A DNA stretch of 64,000 nucleotides from a bacterium (GCA_965249485.1 OZ252239.1:1024001-1088000); one strand, 5' to 3'; numbered from the stretch's first letter, positions 54,290-64,000 are shown. Numbers and translations are program-made. Notes: generated by a model from the sequence alone, not told the origin.

Positions 54290-55204
54290 TCAGTAAATTT
54301 CTATTATACCAAACAACTCATCGAGCAGTGAGCGACTTGGTGACACCATGACTTTCATAACTGTCTGTTCATAAACCTGATACATTTGCGGCATCATTTT
54401 CCTCAGTTCGTCACTATTCCTTATTGCCCAATTATACCCTCCTTTGTCATGAGGCCTATTGAGGTCCCAAGCAGTTGAGATGAACTTATAACCGAATTCC
54501 TGAAGTTTAATCCTTAACCGGATTTCTTCATCTTCGAACCTTTCGTACATACTTTCGTCGTAATACTCTTTTTTTACAGCTTCCAGTAAAAACTGATAAA
54601 GCTTCGACGTTTTTGAAATGCCCCACTCATCGGGAAACGTGTAGTGAAGTCCTATGTCATTTGCATAGTGTAAGATGTGCTCGACGACTTCATGCACCTG
54701 GCCTACGGGTGGATCTTCATGAATAGTATCGCATACGCTGTTCTGACTTTTTGTGAAGCCCCACGCCACCTTATCTTCGGGAGACATGTCACGAAAACCG
54801 TTGAAGGTTTCATGCTGAACGAGAGGAATCAAAGCTCTATACGTGTACATGTTCCTTATAACCTCTTTTTGCAACGCTCCATCAATGGCTCCACCTTGTG
54901 GAAACATCTCTGTGATGGTTTGAGCGACTTTCTGCATAAAGGCATCGGAGATATCATCCCGGCCAATCAGAGTAATACCGTAGACCGTGAGTTTTTTCGT
55001 GAACGGCTTGTACTCGTCTGTCGGAACGACACCGCTATTCATATACAGATTGCTGGGTACTTCACCCAACGGTGAGATCAGGATGGCTCCCCCTATATGG
55101 GTTTTTTCCGTATCAGTCGATACCGATTCAACCTTTTCCGAACTACAAAAATTCAGAAGTAACGTCAAAGAAAGAATTACATAAAAAACAGGACGAATAG
55201 ACAT
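54290..55204 (-). CDS. Uncharacterised lipoprotein (EVVEHILH motif)
   Basis: Intact ORF, LNFC lipobox-like; paralog of 30989-31892. Confidence 0.8.
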   Translation of the reverse strand: MSIRPVFYVILSLTLLLNFCSSEKVESVSTDTEKTHIGGAILISPLGEVPSNLYMNSGVVPTDEYKPFTKKLTVYGITLIGRDDISDAFMQKVAQTITEMFPQGGAIDGALQKEVIRNMYTYRALIPLVQHETFNGFRDMSPEDKVAWGFTKSQNSVCDTIHEDPPVGQVHEVVEHILHYANDIGLHYTFPDEWGISKTSKLYQFLLEAVKKEYYDESMYERFEDEEIRLRIKLQEFGYKFISTAWDLNRPHDKGGYNWAIRNSDELRKMMPQMYQVYEQTVMKVMVSPSRSLLDELFGIIEIY

Positions 55205-55346
55205 AATTGAATCTCCTTCAATTAGTATATATTCCCCAAATCAAACAACTGAAATAGATTAACATGGATTTTGTATGAGATATGACGCAATTTTAAGATG
55301 TGATGTACTTCATTAAAGCGTACAGGATATTTTGATATGTTTAATA

Positions 55347-55417
55347 TAAATGTTAAGAAATACATGTGGCTTTAACAAGAGTTTTCTGCTCCTCGGGCTG
55401 TACGATTCGCGAACCTT
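55347..55417. repeat. Junction repeat, full copy
   Basis: aacaagagttttctgctcctcgggctgtacgattcgcgaacctt; runs into stop at 55417. Confidence 0.92.
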
Positions 55418-56841
55418 TATCGAATGAGATAAAGCTCCTTTTGCGGTGGAGATAAATATTCGACTCCACTTTCGGTGGCAATCGTCTCCTCATGATCCCA
55501 CCAGAGTAAATATTGATCTTCGTCTTTATTGGATGTAGGTGACGGCATATAGACAAAATATTCTAAAACAAAGTGGTGAATTGGTGGAAGTGGTATATCC
55601 CACGCCCACGTCGAATTACCGAAAGTACCAACATTGGGGGCAAGATAATTCTCGGTCATCCTCTTACGCGCTCCTTTTACCATGCCATGGCAGCAGAGAC
55701 TCAGCTGGGTTCTTTCAGGGTCAAAACCTTCGGAAAAAACGGAGAAATTGTTCTTTGGCTGAACCATATGCAATTCATCCTCTTTGACAATGATTCCTGC
55801 CTCCTCAAATTTCCGTTTGTAGTTTCGAATTATTTCACGAGGGGTAAGTCCCGTCTTGATGGTTTCTACCAAAATCTTATCGATTTTCTTATATTCTCCC
55901 CAGAGTTTATTGATTTCCGGCGGCGGTTCAGACTCTCCTTCCCGGAGCACATAGGCGTACATTCCCTCACCAACTGCTGCAAGGATGTCACCTCCCTGGA
56001 CAACACTGTTGTCCCAGCCCGCACTCCTTCCCCTTTGGGACAGTCCCGTGCTCATACGGCGGAAGACAGTCACTTCTCCCCCCCGAGCTGGCGTTACACC
56101 CGGCACAACTTCATCAAAAATTTTCATTACACGTTCTACTTCCTCTTTACGCATTATCTTAAGCAGTTGAATTTCGCTCGGTACCGTTCTTATGGTGTAA
56201 TCCATCATCACATATTCAGACGAGACCATTCTGTTGGCATATTTATCACCGAGCTCTTCAGTCAATAGAACGTAGTCTGTATGCGACAAGCCGTCCCGTC
56301 TGTTGCCTTGACTTCCTCTGAAAGTCACATACGGTCCCAGATCATGCATGTAATTTACCGCAATGCGTTTGGGATTACGTGCTTCAACAAATTCTTTGAG
56401 GCCTTTAAACCGGTAATCATATTCCGTCATCGGGCTTGCAGGCCGTTGCTGCACACGAACTGAGGCGCCTATTATGTCGTAGGCTCCACTTTCTTCAACC
56501 AACTTAGTCTCCCAATCTACCTGTCCACGATGTGAAGCTCCCCAGCGACGTCCGAGAATCGCCCGTTCGATCCGGTCACCGCCACGGTCTGTGAAAATGA
56601 AAACACCGGAGGTACTGCCCAGGTCTTCTGCACCTAAGGGATCAGTAATTGCTTCTCTCATGACATGAATCCACATGTCGACATTGTTCTTCCGCATGGC
56701 TTCAGGCAGAACAAGGTCAAACTTCTCCCGGCGAATTTGATTATTCCATCCCTTCAGTTCGTCCTCTTCTTGAGCCTGTACATTGGCAAAAGGCACCGCT
56801 AACATCACAGATATTACAATAAACATTATTCGAAATATCAT
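55417..56841 (-). CDS. M24/Xaa-Pro aminopeptidase-like exported protein
   Basis: MRKNNVDMWIHV, CHGM, LEY, DHEE. Confidence 0.87.
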   Translation of the reverse strand: MIFRIMFIVISVMLAVPFANVQAQEEDELKGWNNQIRREKFDLVLPEAMRKNNVDMWIHVMREAITDPLGAEDLGSTSGVFIFTDRGGDRIERAILGRRWGASHRGQVDWETKLVEESGAYDIIGASVRVQQRPASPMTEYDYRFKGLKEFVEARNPKRIAVNYMHDLGPYVTFRGSQGNRRDGLSHTDYVLLTEELGDKYANRMVSSEYVMMDYTIRTVPSEIQLLKIMRKEEVERVMKIFDEVVPGVTPARGGEVTVFRRMSTGLSQRGRSAGWDNSVVQGGDILAAVGEGMYAYVLREGESEPPPEINKLWGEYKKIDKILVETIKTGLTPREIIRNYKRKFEEAGIIVKEDELHMVQPKNNFSVFSEGFDPERTQLSLCCHGMVKGARKRMTENYLAPNVGTFGNSTWAWDIPLPPIHHFVLEYFVYMPSPTSNKDEDQYLLWWDHEETIATESGVEYLSPPQKELYLIR

Positions 56842-56868
56842 GACGTGCTCCTCTATTAATTTTTGCTG

Positions 56869-56917
56869 ATAAATATTAAGTCAAGTGTTTGACATTTCCA
56901 AGGATTTTCTACTCCCC
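56869..56917. repeat. Junction repeat, left arm plus core
   Basis: atatta...ttccaaggattttctactcccc. Confidence 0.7.
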
Positions 56918-57210
56918 ATTCATGTAACCCATCTTCACAAATCCCTAAACATTCATAAACGATCCGGTTATGCTTTCCCAAGGTTAAAATATAAGAGTGC
57001 TTATGTCCTCTGACTGGTTAATCCCCGCATGAAAATATACACTTAGGTGAATATATGATATAATTTCACAAATATCTCTTGGTATTGCATGTAGATGTTT
57101 GCCACGGAAAAGGTTATCTACGCCCATATTGACACCTGTGTCTATCCCGGAGATTGTGTGTATTCGGTGAGAAGTGTATTAAAATGACACATTAATGGTT
57201 TGGTGCTAAG
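56917..57210. repeat. ~300 bp element, copy 2
   Basis: Colinear similarity with 28270-28575. Confidence 0.75.
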
Positions 57211-57257
57211 AAATTGGGTTATACATACTTAGAGGTACATGTGATATAGAGTAATAA

Positions 57258-58175
57258 TTAGAACGGGGACCATGCCGGTTCATATTCGGTAGCGGGATTA
57301 ATGGTCAACCTGATTTGATTGGATCCGTCCACATTCATTATGTATATCTCTTTATTACCATCCCTGTCCGATTCAAAAATAATCCTCAAACCATCAAAAG
57401 ACCAGGACGGATGCCCGTCATTAAACGTGTTGTTGGTTATCCGGGTTTGATTGGATCCGTCTGCATTCATTACATAAATCTCACTGTTACCGTCCCTGTT
57501 GGACACAAACACGATTTTTGAGCCGTTGGGAGACCAGCGGGGAGAATTGTCACCAGCGGGATTATTCGATACATTAATGGGGTCGGACCCGTCGGTATGA
57601 ATGACAAAGATCTCTAAATTTCCTTCCCTATCGGTGTCAAAGGCAATCCGTGTACCGTTGGGGGACCAAGACGGATACCCCTCGGTTGCAGCATTGTCGG
57701 TTAACCTGGTCTGATTGAAGCCGTCGGCATCTATCACGTAGATTTGCGCATTTCCATCCCGGTTTGATTCTACAGCAATCATTGAACCATCGGGAGACCA
57801 TGAAAGATACCCTTCATTGGAGGGCGTATTGGTTATCCGGATTTGATTGGAGCCGTCGGGATTCATTACGTAAATTTCGATATTTCCGTCCCTGTCGGTT
57901 ACAAAAGCAATCTGAGAACCGTCAGGAGACTAGGTTGCAAATCCGTCGTACGAGGTATTTTCGGATAATCTGGTTACAGCAGTACCGTCTGTGTTCATCA
58001 GGTAAATCTCCGGATTTCCATCCCTGTTCGATTCAAAAGCGATCTTAGATAGAGAAAATTTTTGTGCTTCAGACGCAGACTGCCCTGTACAGGACACCAT
58101 TACACACAGTAAGACAAAAGTAGTGCTGCTCACAAGTGCAATCACATAAAGCGGGACATTTCTATTCCTCTTCAT
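57258..58175 (-). pseudogene. TolB-like (PD40 repeat) beta-propeller lipoprotein with in-frame TAG at 57930
   Basis: Repeated WSPDG..IAF.S.RDGN.EIY.MN.DG; the stop replaces the W of one repeat. Confidence 0.82.
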
Positions 58176-58410
58176 ATAGTCCTCAGTATAATTATTATGT
58201 GTTTGACTATCATATATCAAAATTGCTGCAGTATTAATTTAATAATTAGAATGCAAGAAGATTATTTATGAAAAAACGTGTTTTAGTATTAATCCGATAT
58301 TCTCCATATCAATTCTCTGAAAGAAATTAATTGGGTCGTATATGAAATATAACGCTTTCTTAAGATGTGATGTACTTTGTCAGAGTGTTCTGGTTAATAT
58401 TAATTGTAAG

Positions 58411-58452
58411 ATATACTTGCGGCTTCTGCAAGTGTTTTTTACTCCCCGGGCT
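58411..58452. repeat. Junction repeat, left arm plus core
   Basis: attgta-17-ctgcaagtgttttttactccccgggct. Confidence 0.85.
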
Positions 58453-58748
58453 TCCGTATTCTTCCAGATATATTTTGAGGCATTGAATCTTCACTACTAT
58501 AAGAATACAAAAAAGTCACAATAAACGAGTAGATAATTATTTCAAAAGACAATTATTGTTTGTAACTGGATAGTTCATTTATTATATTGGCACGATACCT
58601 TTGAAAGATCCCAAGTCAAACTCTTTCAAAATATTGATTCTAAACTACAAGATTTAGAAATCATGATAAGTTCTCACCCTCTTTTGCCTTAAATATATGT
58701 CAGAATGAATTAGTGATTTTTTATTCAATATAAACAGGAGGAAGAAAT

Positions 58749-60845
58749 ATGAAGTTTTTTCTCTCAACACATAGATTCTTTTGGTCTCTTTTTATTAGCT
58801 TACTACTATGCGTCAATGGATATGCGCAGGAGTTTTCTTTTGTATTTGATCCGTCTTCTCTTGAACTGGAAATCGGCGAGATCGCCGACCTGACTATAGA
58901 ACTACAGGATTCTGATGGGAATAACGTCGAGCAGCCATTTATCGTGTTCTTCAGCGGCCGCGACTCACGTCGTGCATTGACGTTAAGTCGGCGCAACAGC
59001 ATGGATGGCGGGTCGTTAGACACTCGAGTACAAGCACATAAATCGGGTAATTATGAATTAATTGCCCGGATTTTAAGTGGACCGGAATTTGACGATGAAG
59101 ATGATGATCAATTTCAGGCAGTCATTCCCGTAGTTGTTTCTTTCCCACCACTGGAAAGGATTACATTGTCATATCATGGCGACCGTATATATATCGGAAC
59201 GACTGTCTCCATCGCATCCGAGGTTTATGACGCTGCCAATACACTGAGAAACGAAGTGGAAGTCAGTATGTCCAGCAGTGATAGCGACGTTGCTTCGTTT
59301 GACGAGTTCGGTAATTTGACGGCACATTCCCCTGGAACAATTAATATCACTGCGCATATTGATAATGTTCGAGAGAGTGCAAGAATACGTGTTGTTGAAA
59401 ATCCGGTACAATCGCTCGAACTTAAAAGTAATGTTGTAGAAGCACGGACAGGAGATGTATTACAATTTTCCGCAGTTGCCATGGATGGTAATGACAATCC
59501 GATTGATGATGCACCTGTTATCTATACATTTTCTGGTAAACCTATTGAAAAACTCGGCAAAACTCCTGCAGGGGAGATTGCTGAGGACGGCAGGTTTGTT
59601 GCGGAAACGCCAGGATTCTATACAATAATCGCCTCATCAGGAAATTTTCAGGACCGAAGGACTGTAAAAATTGTGCAGCGGTCGTACAACCAAAAGCTTG
59701 AAGTAGTATCGCACGGTGCGATTGAAGATGTTTATACTTCCGATCTGTGGGTGTGGGAAGGAATAGATGGCAGGGATTATGTCGTAACCGGGACCTGGGG
59801 CGCAAACGGTGAGGCTTATTTCTGGGATGTAACAGATCCTTCAAACATGGTACTTATCGATACGGTCACAGTCGATGCCCGTACGGTAAATGATGTAAAA
59901 GTATCGGAAGACGCCCGGATAGCGGTAATCAGCAGGGAAGGTGCCTCAAACCGGAAAAACGGGCTGGTAATACTTGACGTTTCCGATCCGTATAATGTGG
60001 AAATTATTTCACGGTTCGACGACGGTCTTACTGGCGGAGTTCATAATATTTTCATATATCAAGACCATGTGTATGCCGTTAATAACGGTGTACGTTACGA
60101 TGTTATTAATATCAAAGACCCTAAAAATCCATTTAAGGTCGGTAGTTTTGAATTAGACACTCCAGGCCATAGCGTCCATGATGTTTGGATAGAGAACGGC
60201 ATAGCCTATTCTTCCAATTGGCACGACGGTGTCCAACTTATTAATGTTGGTGGATCTCTTGAGGAGAGCCCTCTCGATGATTTACAGCACACACTCGGTC
60301 CGGAATTCAGCTCTTCAACAAAAATGGCCGGCTCACCGGAAAATCCGGTCCAATTTGCGAGCTACCAGTATCCAAGTGGTTGGAATCATGCTGCTTTTCC
60401 ATTCAGGAGTCAATCAACAGGTAAGTTCTATGTTCTTGCCGGGGATGAAGAATTCCCGACCGGTTTGGGAGTCAGAAATGACATACCAACGCCGTCAATT
60501 GCCGACGGCTGGATACATTTTATTGATTTTTCCAATCTTTCTAAACCAAAGGAAGAGGCTTACTACAGAGTAGCTGAAGCAGGTTCCCATAATTTCTGGG
60601 TGGATGGCGATTTGCTCTATGCAGCATTTTACAACGGCGGATTTCGCGTTGTCGATATGTCCGGCGATCTCATGGGTGATTTGTACAATCAAGGTAGAGA
60701 AGTTGCCAGATTCTATCCGATGCATCATAAAGGTATTATTCCAAACGCTCCAATGGTTTGGGGCCCGATGCCGCATAAAGGTATAATCTATTTTTCAGAC
60801 CATAATAGCGGACTGTGGGCGGTCAGACTTGTACAGAGTAATTAG
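58749..60845 (+). CDS. Exported protein with Ig-like domains and LVIVD-repeat beta-propeller
   Basis: Signal peptide; SSSDSDVAS/GTINITA Ig-like motif; LVILDVSDP, VHNIF, HDVW, HNFW repeats. Confidence 0.75.
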   Translation: MKFFLSTHRFFWSLFISLLLCVNGYAQEFSFVFDPSSLELEIGEIADLTIELQDSDGNNVEQPFIVFFSGRDSRRALTLSRRNSMDGGSLDTRVQAHKSGNYELIARILSGPEFDDEDDDQFQAVIPVVVSFPPLERITLSYHGDRIYIGTTVSIASEVYDAANTLRNEVEVSMSSSDSDVASFDEFGNLTAHSPGTINITAHIDNVRESARIRVVENPVQSLELKSNVVEARTGDVLQFSAVAMDGNDNPIDDAPVIYTFSGKPIEKLGKTPAGEIAEDGRFVAETPGFYTIIASSGNFQDRRTVKIVQRSYNQKLEVVSHGAIEDVYTSDLWVWEGIDGRDYVVTGTWGANGEAYFWDVTDPSNMVLIDTVTVDARTVNDVKVSEDARIAVISREGASNRKNGLVILDVSDPYNVEIISRFDDGLTGGVHNIFIYQDHVYAVNNGVRYDVINIKDPKNPFKVGSFELDTPGHSVHDVWIENGIAYSSNWHDGVQLINVGGSLEESPLDDLQHTLGPEFSSSTKMAGSPENPVQFASYQYPSGWNHAAFPFRSQSTGKFYVLAGDEEFPTGLGVRNDIPTPSIADGWIHFIDFSNLSKPKEEAYYRVAEAGSHNFWVDGDLLYAAFYNGGFRVVDMSGDLMGDLYNQGREVARFYPMHHKGIIPNAPMVWGPMPHKGIIYFSDHNSGLWAVRLVQSN

Positions 60846-60865
60846 CATCGAAGGGGATTAATTGA

Positions 60866-61963
60866 ATGACAATCAAAAAAATGACTTTCATAGTAATAAT
60901 CTGCTTGGCTGTTTTCGGGTATGATCTTTCTCAGGCGCAGGATTATTATATCTATGTTGCCTCGGAATCGGAAGACGAAGTTTCAATCGTTCGTTTTAAT
61001 GGAAAAACGGCACTAGTAGATAAAAAAATACCTGTTGGGATATGGCCAGTTGAGATTGAAGGACCACACGGACTTACCATAAGTCCTGACGGTAATTTCT
61101 GGTTCCTTTCCATTGCACACGGTAGACCCTATGGGAAGGTTTATAAATATGCGACCGGGACAGATGAATTGATTGGAGAAATTGAATTGGGCTTTTTTCC
61201 GGCAACAATGGAGATTTCCAAGGCGACAGGATTGTTATATGTTGTGAATTTTAACTTGCACGGAGATCATGTTCCAAGTTCGGTATCGATTGTCGATCCT
61301 GAATCGATGATCGAGCTGGAACGGGTAACGACCGGAATCATGCCTCACGGATCGCGGCTTTCTCCGGACGGATTGAATCACTATTCGGTCGCAATGATGT
61401 CGAGTGAATTATATGAGATAGATGCAGTGACATTCGAACTAAAACGTAAATTGTTTGTAGGGGATATGCCCAATATGATGTCAATGGGTGCTATGGATCA
61501 TTCCAAACACACCATGCCGACCTATAATCCTACATGGGCAATGCCGCATCCGTTCAAGGACGTTGTCTATGTAGCGAATAATGGAGCGGCGGAAGTTATT
61601 GAGGTCGATCTTAAACAATGGGAGATCACAAGACATTTTAAAACAGCTCCCGGACCCTATAATATTGCTGTCAGTCCGGATGGGAACCAGATGGCGGTCA
61701 CGTATAAAACAGACGGTTCTACGGGGGTGTGGGATTTGAATAGCGGTGAGGAAGTTGCCAGGATTACCAATAGCAGGGAAGTTTCACATGGAATTGTCAT
61801 TTCTCCTGATAACCGGTTTGGTTTTGTTTCGGTTGAGGGAAAAGGTTCCGAACCTGGTTCCGTAGATGTCATTGACCTGAAGGCACTCAAACATGTTGCA
61901 TCTGCCGATGTTGGTAAACAGGCAGGCGGGATAGCATTCTGGAAAATTGCAATTAACCACTGA
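60866..61963 (+). CDS. YncE/YVTN-type beta-propeller exported protein
   Basis: YVASESED, GPHGL..SPDG, MPHG, GPYN, SHGIVISPD. Confidence 0.78.
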   Translation: MTIKKMTFIVIICLAVFGYDLSQAQDYYIYVASESEDEVSIVRFNGKTALVDKKIPVGIWPVEIEGPHGLTISPDGNFWFLSIAHGRPYGKVYKYATGTDELIGEIELGFFPATMEISKATGLLYVVNFNLHGDHVPSSVSIVDPESMIELERVTTGIMPHGSRLSPDGLNHYSVAMMSSELYEIDAVTFELKRKLFVGDMPNMMSMGAMDHSKHTMPTYNPTWAMPHPFKDVVYVANNGAAEVIEVDLKQWEITRHFKTAPGPYNIAVSPDGNQMAVTYKTDGSTGVWDLNSGEEVARITNSREVSHGIVISPDNRFGFVSVEGKGSEPGSVDVIDLKALKHVASADVGKQAGGIAFWKIAINH

Positions 61964-61965
61964 AG

Positions 61966-61993
61966 ACTCCCCGGGCTGTACGATTCACTAACG
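61966..61993. repeat. Junction repeat, core plus right arm
   Basis: actccccgggctgtacgattcactaacg, starting 2 bp after the + strand stop. Confidence 0.85.
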
Positions 61994-62037
61994 TTTTCAA
62001 TGGTGATCTACTTCCCTCCAATAGCTTAACCGCCACA

Positions 62038-63620
62038 TTACCAGGGCAATGGCCAAACACGGGGCAGTTTTTCTTCCCGCATGGCGGCATGGTACGCAAA
62101 AGTCGCCACAACCACTGCTGTCTGCATCATGCCTTCCGGAAAGAGGCGTTCATACACGTCCATGTTGATGTGGGCGGTATAGTCAAGCATATCATATGCG
62201 TCATGATTAAAATAAAATCCGAGCAATCCGACATCAGTGTATGCCTCGTGCGTTGATCCAGTAGTGGAAAGATGTGACATCCCAATGCTATGCAGCGGTT
62301 TTATCCATTCTGTAAGTATCGCCCGAAGTTCTTCGCTTCCCATAATTGAAACACTCCGTATTTTGCTGGGACCGATATCCTGATCAAAATAGGCGACAAG
62401 ATTATTATAATCCTTTTTGTACTCTTTTGTTACCGGGTCGGCAAAGTGTTTTCGAACATGAGCCCGGTTACCCGCTAATCCACTTCCATCATGTCCACCC
62501 CAGAGACCCATGCGAATAGTACGTCGTGGCTTAGCGCCGATCGCCTGAAGAATGCGTATTGCCTCTATAGAGGTAGTTGCTCCGGCACCATTATCTATTG
62601 CCCCGGTCCCGTGAGGCAAAGATTGAAGATGACCGCCAACTATTACTATTTCATGCGCAAGGTCTGTGCCCGGGATCTCGGCAATGACATTAAAATCAGT
62701 CGGGTCGCCTCTGTAAACCGTTGTTCTGACATCTATTTCCATTTCGACAGGAATGTCTTCTTCAAGAATATGCAATATCCGGTTATAATGCTCCACTGCC
62801 AAAACCAGCTCTAGTAGCTGGGGAGGCGTGTCAACGTCCCAAGGTTTCTCTATGGTAAAATATCTACCCGTTCCGGCGACGGATCCGAAATAATGGACCG
62901 GATCCGTTTTCGCGATTGCCACGGTACCCTCGGCAAACACAAAATCAACAATCTGTTGTTTCAATTCATTGGAGACGCGACTGCGAGGCTCTCTCGGTTC
63001 CGGGGGAAGAATGGGGACTTTCGACATCTCATCGAGCCGCTCTTCGCTCCACTCCACAGGGAATCCGTTTTCATGGCGAAAAGTGCCTGCCCGGTTCCAC
63101 ATTTGGACACCAAAAAGGGCGAGAGCTCCTGTATCGGCATTATGAACACGATTTTGCCTCGTAATTTTCCCCGATATTGTTCCAGATCCCTTACTGAAGT
63201 AATTTCATCAAAGTTGATGTGGATGGCATTTGCCCGGATCTTTCCATTTGTACCGGAAGACCACAGCGCGGGGAAAGCAATGATCGGCACATAATCAGGC
63301 GACATCATGTGCACGGAGACGTAATCAAAATCCCAGCCGTTGCCAAACTCATATCCCTCAAGGTGGGCATTCGTTAGACCGTACCCTTTGAGTCTGTCCC
63401 TGGCCCACTCCGCCGCCGCGCGATATGAAGGTGTTTTCGAGAACCGGCCTCCAAAAATATTGGTTATCATGTTGGCATTTTCCATAACATCAGAATTTGC
63501 AAATTCAAAATCCATGAGCTGCTGCACAACATCGTAGTAGACTTTTTCCTGGGCAGATATTGAAGATATTGCTATAAGCAGAAAATATAAACTGGCCATG
63601 AAAACGCACTTTGCTTTCAT
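62038..63620 (-). pseudogene. M28-like exported peptidase, frameshifted near 63110
   Basis: ORFs 62961-63620 and 62038-63102 together align with 1-1166. Confidence 0.8.
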
Positions 63621-63763
63621 AATCCCTCCTGATTAAAGTTTAAAACTGAAATTCTCTAATCAATTCTTAAAAGATCTTAATTTAGGTATGTGTTTAATGA
63701 AGACAACAATGAAAATGTGATATACTTGGTCAGAGCGTACCGGTTACTTTGATATGTTTAATT

Positions 63764-63839
63764 TAAATGGTAAGAGATACTAGTGGTTTTTGCAAGTATT
63801 TTCTACTCTCGGACCGTGTGTGACGTTTTGCGAACCTTT
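63764..63839. repeat. Junction repeat, full copy (longer right-arm variant)
   Basis: atggta-17-ttgcaagtattttctactctcggaccgtgtgtgacgttttgcgaacctt. Confidence 0.88.
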
Positions 63840-64000
63840 GAAGTAGAAATAAAATGCAGTATATTAAAAAAGTAAAGTGGACCCTACTGGTTAAAAGGTA
63901 GAACTTTTAGAAATGTGTTTAGACTTGAATATTAGTATGATACAAAATATTATTAGTAGAAAATGTATAGCATTTTGCTAACTTTTGAAGTAAAAATTGA

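Noticed and set aside
9911..57932. Stop-codon reassignment explaining in-frame stops
   Set aside because: Stops are a mix of TAA, TAG and TGA replacing different residues, and all three also end intact genes.
57258..58040. Tandem DNA repeats as a non-coding array
   Set aside because: They are PD40/TolB protein repeats within a coding frame.
1221..63839. Repeat as CRISPR array or classical integron attC
   Set aside because: Spacing is kb-scale and gene-containing; no cas or intI gene; no RYYYAAC/GTTRRRY ends or long hairpin.
1..64000. Integrase, transposase or reverse transcriptase gene (IS, DGR, retron)
   Set aside because: No ORF or remnant with recognisable recombinase, DDE or RT motifs; near-identical patches show no adenine-specific variation.

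Overview
Bacterial accessory region with no housekeeping genes. Most of the window is a tandem array of 1-7 kb gene units. The cargo is mainly exported enzymes: about 12 full or fragmentary M24/Xaa-Pro-aminopeptidase-like paralogs, 4 M28-like peptidases, 3 copies of an uncharacterised lipoprotein family, GH2/GH29/GH51 glycosidases, a sulfatase, an M20 peptidase and beta-propeller proteins. An RND efflux operon and an L-arabinose catabolic operon are also present. About 29 full or half copies of a ~70 bp repeat separate the units (+ strand consensus ATRGTAAG-N-TTTACAAGTGTTTTCTACTCCCCGGGCTGTACGATTTGCGAACCTTT). The left arm of the repeat is a minus-strand sigma70-type promoter with a 17 bp spacer. 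The right arm often abuts or overlaps the stop codon of the neighbouring gene. The repeat has imperfect dyad symmetry, half copies break at its ACTCC core, and one copy carries a tRNA-3'-end-like arm that is 5 bp shorter. I infer an integron-like cassette array built by a site-specific recombinase, possibly a tRNA-targeting serine integrase acting in trans; no recombinase gene lies in the window. Many cassettes are decaying through nonsense changes, frameshifts or truncation. Unrelated genes share the same promoter-leader-signal peptide module. A 3'-half tRNA-Leu(TAG) remnant lies at 49326-49383. All assignments come from reading motifs by eye, with no database searches.
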